Shown piece by piece: positions 9,417-19,500 of a stretch of 64,000 nucleotides of DNA. The notes beneath the pieces are model-generated. The model was given only the letters and a program-made list of their open reading frames with translations, was not told the DNA's origin and did not search any database. The stretch lies in IMG/VR virus record IMGVR_UViG_3300022744_000020, positions 1 to 64,000 of that record; one strand, given 5' to 3'. The translations under genes were made by a program, and so were the position numbers. Each line of letters opens with the position of its first letter. The stretch's first letter is position 1.

Positions 9417-11681
9417 ATGAATACTCGCTATCAGATCTATGTTCGAGACACGTTTCACCTGGTAGGCACCATGGGGATCTGTTTTGATCACTGCGCACTT
9501 GCAGTGAATAAGGGCATACAAATTCAAGACCCCAGCTACAGTATCCCGGACTCGTCCTTAGACGACCGGGCTAGCTGGAAGTATTATCAGAATATGGCCG
9601 GCCTACGTCATGAGACAGACCCGCTGATCACAATACCCTCACTCCAGACCGGGGAGTCAATTGAATTCTCAAAGAAATCTTTTCGAGATGATCCTGTAAC
9701 TAAGGCAGCCTACCGGCGAGGGACCATTCCGTATTACGAGCTCATCGGAGCTCACCCCGAAATGATTGAGTACATTCATGGGGTGATTTATGCGCCGGAT
9801 CCAAAATGGAGTTTCTTTACGACCCCCGATGGTGAGATCGTCGACACCACCGACTATTTAAGCTATCCGCTGGAGATCGTCAAAAAACCCAACGGGACGA
9901 TTCTGTATTTTGACTCAAACTACGTCGAAGAAAATGAATACCACTTGATTTTCGAGATGCAGAATTGGATTTACGATTATCTCCATCGTTGGGCTGTCTG
10001 GCCGTACGCCGTAGTTGATGATTTGTACGTGGCCGACGTTGTTGCGAAGCTGGCAATTTTGCTGGTTCCATACATCATCAATGCTCGACTGAGAAGATGC
10101 AAGACAAACGAAGTTCACAGCTTCCACATCAAACAGTACCTTGGATCGAAGGGTATCCCTGAAATCTATTTGGACGTGTTGGATAAGAAGCAGTCTCTTT
10201 TCCTGTATCGGAACCTGGATTACATTCGCACGCACGCAGGAAAGCGCGATGTGATGCTTTGGCTGATTGAAAACATCATGACCGCCAGAGGCTTACCGGT
10301 TTCTCAGTACGTCATCAAGCATCTGCTGACTGATTTCCGTTACGATGAAACACTGAAGGATCACGTCAGCCTGACGCCGACGCCATTCCTTCAGAAGAAA
10401 ACAATCGGAACCCCCGACGAAGTCTTTGTGAATGTGGGCTACACCCATCAGGCGATTCTGGAGAAGATGAACCAGAGAGCTCCTGGTAATCCCGGATTGC
10501 ACGTCAATGAGTTCGAAAAGCTCGACCGCGCTCTCTATGAATCGACAGCCAATACCCTGCAGACGAAGGTCTTGGAGTCTCGGTCCGACGACGTTCAAAC
10601 AACCACGCCGTATGGACTGGAAGAAGTGGCGATCAATGAGTGGTTGAGACTTTCAATTTCTGGGGAGTACAGCGTCAAGACCACGATTGCGATACCCAAC
10701 ATGAAAAATGAGGTATCACTCACGTCTAGAGAAGCAGCGTTTCTTTTTGGTTACTGCCTGATTAAACTCCACCAAGGATTCCAGTTAGATCCAGACGGAA
10801 AGATATACCCGTGGAGTAACTACTTTGACGTGAATGAGGATGGGACTCTGTGCGACCCGGCATTCCTTGTTTCCAGAGTGCTCAAGAAAGAAATCCCCAC
10901 TCTGGGATATTTGAAGACGCAAGTGCAAGAGAAGGTGCTGAGTGATTCGGAACTTGCCTTGAGCATTTCCGGGTACCCGATATTCACTTCGGCCAGAACA
11001 ACCCAAGAACTCATTGATTGGTCGAAGAAGGTGCACAACTTTGCCTGCAAGCAAAGACTGCTCGGGGCTCAGTTCTACACCCCGACAAGATACGGGATGT
11101 TTACTCTGGCGTGTACCAAATCGTGGAGGGATGAAATGATCTCCCTCCCAGGGTTTCATAGCTGGAGGGAAGACAGCGGCGTCAACCTAGAGAACTGCTC
11201 GGTAGAAACCCTTACAAACTTAGCTGCGTCTTTGGTGACTATTTTCGGGGGTTACAGCAACGATGAAGCTAACGAGATGAAGAAAGTGCAGAAGGCGATG
11301 ATCGCCATTATGCAGCGACTTCTGAGTTACTCGGTTCAGTTCATCTCAGACGAGGGGACGACGGACAACTTGGTCTTAGATCAAAGACCGCATCGTTACG
11401 GCACAGGCAAGTTGGACGCACAGCTCAGGTGTGGGGTTCCACTGAGTTTGGATGTGGTGGAGATCGCAACCACCGCAACCATTGATGCAAAGGCTGTCTG
11501 GAATAACTACACCCAGCATAAACCCGACTGCGTAACTCGCGCAACGATCTCGGTGGATTATGGGACGCTTCACCGTAGGGTTAGTGGTAAGGTAATTCAA
11601 ACCAATCCATCTAAATCGCCAAAGACAATTGTTATCCGATCGAGAATACCGCAAATCGAATTCACTGGGAATAATATTTAA
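9417..11681 (+). CDS. Virion structural protein (phiKZ gp128-like, probable baseplate component)
   Basis: 754 aa. Motifs WKYYQNMAG.RHETD, EVHSFHIKQYL and QSLFLYRNLDYI..HAGK are typical of this family; synteny agrees. Confidence 0.72.
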   Translation: MNTRYQIYVRDTFHLVGTMGICFDHCALAVNKGIQIQDPSYSIPDSSLDDRASWKYYQNMAGLRHETDPLITIPSLQTGESIEFSKKSFRDDPVTKAAYRRGTIPYYELIGAHPEMIEYIHGVIYAPDPKWSFFTTPDGEIVDTTDYLSYPLEIVKKPNGTILYFDSNYVEENEYHLIFEMQNWIYDYLHRWAVWPYAVVDDLYVADVVAKLAILLVPYIINARLRRCKTNEVHSFHIKQYLGSKGIPEIYLDVLDKKQSLFLYRNLDYIRTHAGKRDVMLWLIENIMTARGLPVSQYVIKHLLTDFRYDETLKDHVSLTPTPFLQKKTIGTPDEVFVNVGYTHQAILEKMNQRAPGNPGLHVNEFEKLDRALYESTANTLQTKVLESRSDDVQTTTPYGLEEVAINEWLRLSISGEYSVKTTIAIPNMKNEVSLTSREAAFLFGYCLIKLHQGFQLDPDGKIYPWSNYFDVNEDGTLCDPAFLVSRVLKKEIPTLGYLKTQVQEKVLSDSELALSISGYPIFTSARTTQELIDWSKKVHNFACKQRLLGAQFYTPTRYGMFTLACTKSWRDEMISLPGFHSWREDSGVNLENCSVETLTNLAASLVTIFGGYSNDEANEMKKVQKAMIAIMQRLLSYSVQFISDEGTTDNLVLDQRPHRYGTGKLDAQLRCGVPLSLDVVEIATTATIDAKAVWNNYTQHKPDCVTRATISVDYGTLHRRVSGKVIQTNPSKSPKTIVIRSRIPQIEFTGNNI

Positions 11682-11743
11682 TCTCAGGTGGGCTTTATCT
11701 TTTGATTAGGCCCACCCCTTCATTTCTTTTTGTTGAGACCGAC

Positions 11744-12595
11744 ATGGAAAATACCGTCCCTACCGACCTGCTGAGTGTCCTCATTGCGATGACGCTGTAC
11801 CGTCGGCCTTTCGTCGCACCTGCCTTCACCACGATCAATGAAAAGCTCGGCATCCAGTCGACCGCAGCACTTCCTCCGAACACGTACCCGGAGATCGGAT
11901 ATCTGATCATCGGTAACGGTGGACATCGCGCCGTTACCGGTACGAACGGCCTCAGCAAGAATTCTAATTATCAGCACGAGACTGAGAATTACGCACTGTT
12001 CAATCAGATCCCCTACGTTTTGCGTGATCCGGCGGATGATCTGACCCCGGAAGAGCGCCAACGCTTCCGACTGAGAAAGACCGTCGAAATCGATACCAAA
12101 TCCTACGTGGCCTACTATGGTCGCCGACTGGATCTGGCAAACTCCAACATCGTTCTCGAAAAACGAACCGTCAGCCCAGATGGGAAGGTGATCGACAAGA
12201 CCCCACTGGTGCCGCAGGCGAAGAATCTCTCCCCGACGCCGACAGTGCTCAGCAACACGGGTGTGAATGAGCTTGCCAACGTGATGCACTATTGCGGGAT
12301 TCGGATCACCATCTCTTTCACGGCGGCAGACGTTCAAGAGTTGATCAACGTCTCGAACATTCTCTACAAAGATCCTGGGTATGCCATCATCTCAGAAATG
12401 GGTCTGTGCTCAGGGATCGAGAAGGTTGTAACGGCTGCAACCCCCAGCGGCAACATCAACTACAACGAAGTCATCGGTTGCCAAATCATGACCCACATCA
12501 GCGGATCGACGCTGGACATGCAATCTTTCACTTCGGGCGGTTTCAACTTCGAACTCTACGGTGGTTCGGACAATCCGCAGTATCAGCTCGTCTGA
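11744..12595 (+). CDS. Virion structural protein (phiKZ gp127-like)
   Basis: YPEIGYLIIGNGGH, LFNQIPYVLR...DLTPEERQRFRLR and AIISEMGLCSG motifs. ATG 11744 preferred over TTG 11702. Confidence 0.72.
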   Translation: MENTVPTDLLSVLIAMTLYRRPFVAPAFTTINEKLGIQSTAALPPNTYPEIGYLIIGNGGHRAVTGTNGLSKNSNYQHETENYALFNQIPYVLRDPADDLTPEERQRFRLRKTVEIDTKSYVAYYGRRLDLANSNIVLEKRTVSPDGKVIDKTPLVPQAKNLSPTPTVLSNTGVNELANVMHYCGIRITISFTAADVQELINVSNILYKDPGYAIISEMGLCSGIEKVVTAATPSGNINYNEVIGCQIMTHISGSTLDMQSFTSGGFNFELYGGSDNPQYQLV

Positions 12596-12600
12596 TGAAA

Positions 12601-12629
12601 GAGAGCCGCCCCTTAAAAGGGCGGCTCTC
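12601..12629 (+). terminator. GC-rich hairpin, probable terminator
   Basis: 11-bp stem GAGAGCCGCCC/GGGCGGCTCTC just after the stop codon. Confidence 0.6.
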
Positions 12630-12646
12630 GAGTTTTAAGTGAGGAT

Positions 12647-13225
12647 ATGGAGATGACTCCAGAGCAAGAAGACCGGGCACTCCTGATCGTCGGAATAGAT
12701 CCAGGAAGAGCCAATACGGGGTACTGTAAGCTGTATTACGACGCTGAGACTTTGGACATCGTCGGGATCATTCCGCGCACGATTACCGAGAAGGATCTCT
12801 ACGTTCCGCAGTATGACGTTTTGAGGTTCGGTATCAGTCAAGCCACGATGTTTTCTCATCGCGAGAATTTTGTGAATTTATTCAAGATTGACAAACCGAG
12901 CTTTATTTGTTGTGAATCTCCGTTTTTCAATCGTGCCACGCCCTCGGCATTTCGGTCTTTGAGTTATTTCTTGGCGAACCTGTTTATCGCGGTCGAAAAG
13001 GCGTTGACTTCTACCCCTTTGGATCTGGTAGATCCTCCGACTGCAAAGAAAGCGATAGGGGCTAAAGGAAATGCCAAGAAAGAAGACGTGTTGAGAGCAA
13101 TGGAAAAGATACCAGAGCTGGTAGAAAATTGCGAGACGACCCTGAAGGATCTAGACGAACACTCTTTGGACTCGATGGCGATTGCCTATTACCGACTCCA
13201 GATGCTTCGCAACCCTTCCATTTAA
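12647..13225 (+). CDS. ruvC: RuvC-like Holliday junction resolvase
   Basis: IVGIDPG..NTG, CCESPFF, KKAIG..GNAKKEDV and DEHSLDSMAIA catalytic motifs. GAGGA ribosome-binding site upstream. Confidence 0.88.
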   Translation: MEMTPEQEDRALLIVGIDPGRANTGYCKLYYDAETLDIVGIIPRTITEKDLYVPQYDVLRFGISQATMFSHRENFVNLFKIDKPSFICCESPFFNRATPSAFRSLSYFLANLFIAVEKALTSTPLDLVDPPTAKKAIGAKGNAKKEDVLRAMEKIPELVENCETTLKDLDEHSLDSMAIAYYRLQMLRNPSI

Positions 13226-13262
13226 TCCACCCAAACAAAACCCATTTGAAAGCCTATTCATC

Positions 13263-13973
13263 ATGTTCAGCGAATTGCGCAAAAAGATAAGGCAGACTCA
13301 GATCGAAGTAGCTGCCCCGGTTCCGGATCTGGCTTTGCAGTATTTCGTCTGGGATGATGAGTATCACAGCAGCTCACGTCGTGGCCTGAAAGTGTTCCAT
13401 CAGGACTACGAACACGTTCTCAATTACTGCAATGGAGACACCCAAGACAAACTCCTCAGGCGAGTTATTCTTCGTGGTCGGTCTTTTCATTTCTCCAAAC
13501 TTCTGTCCAGTTATAGTTTCGACTGGCCTAACCTCATCCTTCTCATGATCTCCTCCATTTTCTTTTTCTTCCAGTGGCTCTTTGGCCTTCCCAAATCGTT
13601 CGCTCAAGAGGTTTCACTCATGAACAAAAACAGCGCCCCCCTCCTCTACGGCGCGTTGGTGACGGCGCTGTTTTGCAGCTTCTACCAATTCAAGATCGTG
13701 CAGTTCGAAGAGTCGAACCAAGTGCTGATGACCCAAATCAGTCAGATGCAGCACGAGAAACAAACCAGCGTCGTTGCTCCGCCCCCACCACCGGAGAACG
13801 TAGCCTTGGCGGCTTATGTGCAATCCCAGGGAAAGCGTGATGAAATTCTGATCGGTTCTCTGAACAAACTAACTCAGGCGGTAGAACAGATGGCCGAGCA
13901 ACAGCAAGCTCTTGCAGAAAGTCAGATTCGAGTCGAAGCACTACTGAAGAAGAGAAAGAAAGGTAAGGGGTAA
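13263..13973 (+). CDS. Membrane protein with C-terminal coiled coil (alternative start 13620)
   Basis: Two hydrophobic stretches, a poly-Pro linker and a coiled coil. GAGG precedes an in-frame ATG at 13620. Confidence 0.6.
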   Translation: MFSELRKKIRQTQIEVAAPVPDLALQYFVWDDEYHSSSRRGLKVFHQDYEHVLNYCNGDTQDKLLRRVILRGRSFHFSKLLSSYSFDWPNLILLMISSIFFFFQWLFGLPKSFAQEVSLMNKNSAPLLYGALVTALFCSFYQFKIVQFEESNQVLMTQISQMQHEKQTSVVAPPPPPENVALAAYVQSQGKRDEILIGSLNKLTQAVEQMAEQQQALAESQIRVEALLKKRKKGKG

Positions 13974-13976
13974 ATT

Positions 13977-14243
13977 TTGTTCCCAGATCCAAAGCTCAGA
14001 TCGAAAATGATCAATCAAGCCAAGACCGTGGAAGAAATGCAACAAGTTGATCGACATCTGTTAATCATGGCCGTCATTCGTTTGGGTGTGTGGTTGTTGT
14101 TCGGTTGTTTCTCGGTTGTTTTTGCTCTCTATGTTTTTCTGACCTATCGAAACGGTCAGGCACCCACTCTGCAAGACATTGGTGGTTTGTTCTCCAGTCT
14201 TGTTCAACTATTGGTTGCGGCAGTCACGCCGCCAGGAAATTGA
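13977..14243 (+). CDS. Small two-helix membrane protein (holin-like topology)
   Basis: 88 aa with hydrophobic LLIMAVIRLGVWLLFGCFSVVFALYVFL and IGGLFSSLVQLLVAAV segments. Confidence 0.6.
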   Translation: MFPDPKLRSKMINQAKTVEEMQQVDRHLLIMAVIRLGVWLLFGCFSVVFALYVFLTYRNGQAPTLQDIGGLFSSLVQLLVAAVTPPGN

Positions 14244-14245
14244 AA

Positions 14246-14923
14246 ATGAGAAACGGCATGATCAGCCTCCTTAGCCTTGCTCGTGAAGACGCTGCCATTT
14301 TAGGCCAAGCCCAGGTAGAAAACGAATACGTCTTCTTTGCCTATGCTTCGGATTTGCAGTCTGTAGTGAGTGAGTTGTCAAAAACGGCCACTCTGATTGA
14401 GTACCAGGAGCAGTACGGTATCGAGATTCAAACCCCTGAGAAATCAAAAACCCAGGATGCGTGGAGAAAAACCACGCTGAGGATTCGAAAGACGATCCCG
14501 GCGAGTGGTTTCCCCGATACGAAAAAACTCAAGAATCAAAAGGAGGCGACCTATGAGCAGGCCATCAAGGTTCCTCTTCCTTCTGATCATGGCGGTGTCA
14601 AGTCGAAAGAAATCCCCACGCAATCTTGTCACGATGCGTTCCTGGTGATTCAAGAAATCGCCACGATGGGGATGTGCAAGATTCGCTACACCCTACCGTC
14701 GGAGTTTCCGGGAAGATCCTACGAGTACGACCTGATGATCAATAAGGAAGGAGATCCCGTAGGCTTCTTCAAAATCGATCTGGAAATACCAGACAAGCTC
14801 CCATCTGCGCCAAAGCTGGTAGAGGGTTTTGACCGCGTTGTCTACCGTCAACGCTCAGAACGAACGTCGGAAGAAAACGAATTTATCGATAAATACTGGA
14901 AGACGGCCTGTCGGATTATCTGA
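14246..14923 (+). CDS. CYTH / triphosphate-tunnel-like protein
   Basis: ENEY (ExE-like) at the N-terminus, then LRIRK, KIRY, YEYD and IDLE motifs in CYTH order. ATG 14246 follows the upstream stop. Confidence 0.5.
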   Translation: MRNGMISLLSLAREDAAILGQAQVENEYVFFAYASDLQSVVSELSKTATLIEYQEQYGIEIQTPEKSKTQDAWRKTTLRIRKTIPASGFPDTKKLKNQKEATYEQAIKVPLPSDHGGVKSKEIPTQSCHDAFLVIQEIATMGMCKIRYTLPSEFPGRSYEYDLMINKEGDPVGFFKIDLEIPDKLPSAPKLVEGFDRVVYRQRSERTSEENEFIDKYWKTACRII

Positions 14924-14932
14924 ATAGAAAGC

Positions 14933-14982
14933 ATGACTACCACCGCCGGGATCGCCTGGCGGTGGTAGTCGTTGTTTATTTT
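14933..14982 (+). terminator. Intrinsic terminator
   Basis: Long stem ATGACTACCACCGCC.../...GGCGGTGGTAGTCGT followed by a T-rich tail. Confidence 0.7.
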
Positions 14983-15067
14983 GTGATCAGTCAAAACACC
15001 ACGCACCCGCTCTTTTATTTTGTAGCGGGTTATCTGCATACATTTCAATCAACGAGGTTAAAGAACT

Positions 15068-16510
15068 ATGTCCTACTCTTTGGATGTATTGGGCAAGACG
15101 CTCCAGAATAAAGTCATCGGGGAGAAACACACCCTCACCCCTAAGACGAATCCGGACGATACGCTTTGGATCATTTTAGAGAACTCCCCCTTCCACGAGT
15201 GGGAGTTCTCTATGAAGTACACGCCGAAGACCGGACCATCCCGAATTCTTCAGTATGGTCTTGACTTCGACTTCTGCTTCCAGTTCCTGAAGGCAAGTCA
15301 GTCCTGCAATTTGCCCATCTACGCAGGTGTGAAGTTTGTGGATGTCACCCTCGACGGTGAAGTCCTGGTGAACTATCAAGCATTCGGGTCCGACTACTCG
15401 CTCACCTCCGCGCAGAGAACTCAGGCTTACAGCACGATCAAAACCGATCCGAGTTACATGACCTGGGAGTCTGCGGTTAAGGCACTTGGGTTGACCATGG
15501 AATGGTCACTTGTGGTGGATCATCCGTGGTCAAGCGTGAATGTCGATGTTGTTCGTCGCGCTAAGGAAGAGCTGGAAAAAGCGGGTCTGGTGGTTCATCT
15601 GAGACCTGAGTTTCTCCCGACCCCGGAGCAAGCAAAATTCATTCCTTCCGCCGATGAATTGGGTTTGGGGTTGGTTGAAAATTACCCCATGGCCACAGTC
15701 GCTGAATCGGTTTTGGGTAATTCGGAAAAGCTCTACCTGAATCCCAAAGGGGCAAACGCATTGGTGGTGGACCGAGTGCGCACGACCTTGGCTGAAATGG
15801 GTTATCAACTACCTGTCAAGTTTGCGGCCGGAATCACCTTCAACGACACGAAAAAGACAGTCGTCTACGACGATGTGGTTTACGCTGCACGTCAATCACA
15901 AGTCCCTTTCGTTACCAACGGTTTGTTCGATGCGAAGAAGTTTGTCGCGATCAATTCCAATTCTCCTGCTCACTGGATCAACTTTCCGACCTTCAAAATC
16001 GGAGAATCTCCAGCGCGGAATGTGTTGAATCAGGTGGTTTTGGATATCCCTCAAGACTTCACTCACCGAGTACGCGCCCGAGCGATTCTCAACGACACCG
16101 AAGAGCTGGTGTATGGCATCGACTTCTTCATCGACAATCGCAAGCTCAGCGTCGAATATCCTCTGAGGTCCGGCGATCGGATTCGTTTGTCCGTCAAATC
16201 GACGGCATCAAAAACGGCTGATGATCGAAATTATTACAAAGTGTTCAAAGTCGCCAGTGGGGTCAAAGACTTCCAACTCAGCGACTTTTATTACCTCACG
16301 GTGGATGACCTTCGGGTCACTGTCAATGACTGGTACGTCCTGGATCCCGATCAGGACTACACCATCAACACTTCCGGGGTGATGAGCATTGTCTACCCGC
16401 TCGAGCTCGGAGACATCATTGAAGTGGAGTCTCTGGACAACATCCCCGAAATGGGTAAACAGCAAATGAGATCAATTTTGTTTGCCGTTGGCAGCACGAT
16501 TGTGGCCTAA
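15068..16510 (+). CDS. Virion structural protein, probable fibre/baseplate attachment (phiKZ gp130/gp139-family N-terminus)
   Basis: D..G....N.V.GE.H N-terminal motif, LGLGLVENYPMAT fibre motif, and two C-terminal repeats (YPLRSGDRI / YPLELGDII). Confidence 0.62.
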   Translation: MSYSLDVLGKTLQNKVIGEKHTLTPKTNPDDTLWIILENSPFHEWEFSMKYTPKTGPSRILQYGLDFDFCFQFLKASQSCNLPIYAGVKFVDVTLDGEVLVNYQAFGSDYSLTSAQRTQAYSTIKTDPSYMTWESAVKALGLTMEWSLVVDHPWSSVNVDVVRRAKEELEKAGLVVHLRPEFLPTPEQAKFIPSADELGLGLVENYPMATVAESVLGNSEKLYLNPKGANALVVDRVRTTLAEMGYQLPVKFAAGITFNDTKKTVVYDDVVYAARQSQVPFVTNGLFDAKKFVAINSNSPAHWINFPTFKIGESPARNVLNQVVLDIPQDFTHRVRARAILNDTEELVYGIDFFIDNRKLSVEYPLRSGDRIRLSVKSTASKTADDRNYYKVFKVASGVKDFQLSDFYYLTVDDLRVTVNDWYVLDPDQDYTINTSGVMSIVYPLELGDIIEVESLDNIPEMGKQQMRSILFAVGSTIVA

Positions 16511-16536
16511 TTTTGTTTTTATAGCAGGAAACGTTC

Positions 16537-19500
16537 ATGAACAATCTTCGTACCCGTAACGGGGAACCGAACAACTTCGAAGACGGCCTGGCCGTCCGGG
16601 GTATTTTGCTGGATGGCTCGGAGGGTGCCAAAGTCGTCGCCATGAAGATTCAGGAGACGGATCCCGTTCCGACCAGTCTCTTCGATTGGGTTCGAGCAAC
16701 CATGCTCTCCCTGAAGACGCTGTCTGACGCTGGTGGTGGTAAGGTCGCCGATCAGCCACTGACGGACAGCAGCGACAAGGCCGCCAACACGAAGTTCGTG
16801 CAATTGCTGGCGGCAGAGATGCTGCTGAAGATTGCCGGCGGCACCAACCTTCCGGTTGGGTTGGACAGCCTGGCCGAATTCGCCACCGCCATGGGGAACG
16901 ACCCCCAATTCCTCACGAAAATCAATGAAGCCTTGGCCACCAAGGTGAGTATTGAGGATCTGCGGTACACGACGGCTAACTCCTGCGTGGCCGGTGGTGG
17001 TCCGAACGCCATCTCTGGTGCGTTCATTCCTGCCATCAAAACGCTGGTGGGTGAGCCGGTCATCTATGTTCGATCGCTCGGCGCAAACACGGTCCCGGAT
17101 CCGACCTTCACTCCGAACCTCGGGGTGATCTCGGCTGATGTTATCGTCAAGAGCAACAACCAACCTCTTTTGCCTGGCGACATTCCTGGGGCTAACTACC
17201 CCATGATGCTGCGCCGGGATTCTTCGCTCCAGAAATGGGTGCTGATGAATCCTGCAGGTGCTTCGAATCTGCCTTGGGCGTCCAACGACGTCACCACGGC
17301 AGGTCTGTCCACCAGCACGGTTGTGACTCCGGCTTCGCTGAAGGCAACACTGGCCCAGGTTCTGGGAACGGCTCCGGACGTTCTGAATAGCTTTGCGGAA
17401 ATCGCAGCGGCACTGAAGAACGACCCCCATGCGATCGACACCATCCTGGCTAAGATCGCGACGCTGGCCCCTACGCAGTCTCCGGTTTTCACCGATTCTC
17501 CGAAGGCCCCGACCCAGCCGCTGACCTCGAACGACGCGACGCTGGCAACGACGGCATTCGTTTGGGCAGCCATCACGCAAGCACTCACGAACAACCTGAA
17601 AGCTTCGACCCAGACCATCTCCGGCATCGTTCGGCTGTGTACCAATCCCGAAGTCCTGGCGATGCTCAACGACACGGCGGCCGTCACGCCTGCCACGTTG
17701 CGCTACTGGTTTGACAATCTCCCAGCCGCCACCACGACTGAGCGCTCCATCGTTCGGTTTGCGAGTTCGGATGAGTCTTTTACTGGGCTGCTGGAGGACG
17801 TGGCGGTCAACCCGAAGGGAATGCGCTTCGCCATTGACCAAGCGCTTTCCCAGTTTGTTGGTGGCCTCACGGCACCGACCACACCGGCACTGACTGGTTC
17901 TTCCACGGTGGTGGTGGGTCTGAGCTACACGCTGACCCTGACGTCCCAACCAACCACTGGTGGGGCAACAGTCACGTCGTTTGACCTCACCCTGAACAAC
18001 GGCGCGGTACAAACACTTCCGGCTACTGCCGGATCTGCCACCTACACCTGGACGAGTTCTGGAACAGTCGGTCAGACGGTGACGTTCCGTGTCAAGGCCA
18101 AGGACTCCAACAACAAGGTGTCCGCAGAAGCCAGCAAAGTTGTCACGTTGTCCACGATCACGGTCAATCCGGTGGTGGTGGTTTCTCCGACTGCAGATCA
18201 GTTGGCCCGCCCGCTGGTCGGAACGTTCGTCGTCAACGCAATCTCCTTCTCGGGGGGAACGTCGGCTCATCTGAACACCGATTGGGATCTGCGTACGGCT
18301 GCTAACGGTGGCGGTACCTCAGTCTGGTCGTCACTGAACGATGCGGTCAACAAGACTTCGATCGCTTACAGTTTGGCATCGGTGGTCACCCCTGGGACCA
18401 AATATTACCTGCGAGTTCGCCAGAAGACGCAGAACTATGGGGACTCCGGCTGGACGGAAGTGGGCTTCACCTACATCGCTCGCCCTGGAGCTCCGACGCT
18501 CTCTGGAGCTGGATCGGTTATCTCCGGGCAGACCTACACCCTGGCGATGTCTTCGTCCAGTCTGGAAACGGGAGCCACGGCATCTCAATTCCTGATCAGC
18601 GTCAATGGTGGGGCCGAAGTGCAGATCACGGCCACTTCGAACTCGGGAACCTACACCTGGACGAGCAGCGGTGTCGCTGGAACCACGGCTTCCCTGGCTG
18701 TTCGCGTCAAGGACTCCAACGGACTCTACTCGGATCCTTCGACCAAGACCGTTTCCCTCACGACGGTCAGCATCAATACGCCGACGTTCATTTCTCCGGC
18801 CAATGGCGCCACCGGGGTGTCTGTTAGCCCCACGCTGACGGCTTCGAACATGGCCACCACGGGTGGTGCGGATACGTTCGCCAACGCAGACTGGGAAGCG
18901 CGCACGGCATCTGGTGGCGGAGGTACTCTGCTGTGGTCCTCTCCGGCGGACGCGGTCAACAAAACCACGATCACGATCCCGGTCGGCAAGCTCGGCTCGA
19001 ACGCGCTGGTTTACTTCCGAGTGCGCCATCGCGGTGCTGTGTACGGCGTATCTGACTGGGCTGAAATCTCGGTCACGACGATGGGTGCGCCAGGTGCTCC
19101 GGCGCTGTCTGGTGCTGCTGGTTTCCGCCCTGGCGACAACTACACGCTGACGATGTCGGCGAACCCGGTGTCGCCAGCCACTGCAATCACTTCGTTCTCG
19201 GTGGTGGTTGGTGCGGCTGCCCCAGTGGTTGTTCCGGCGGTGAGCAATTCGGCCAACTGGACTTACCTGGGGACTTCGAACTCTTCGATTGCTCCTGGGC
19301 AGACCGTGACGATCAGCGTGACGGCGCTGGATAACGCCAGCCTCGTTTCGGCTGCCGGCACGAAGACCCTCACGTCTTCGAAGCCCAACGTACCGACGTA
19401 CTCTGGAGCCACGACGGGACTATCCATCAGCCCGAGCTTTGCTGTCTCAGCTATGACGATGGCTGGTCTTGCCTCGACGCACTTGTCTTCGGATTGGGAG

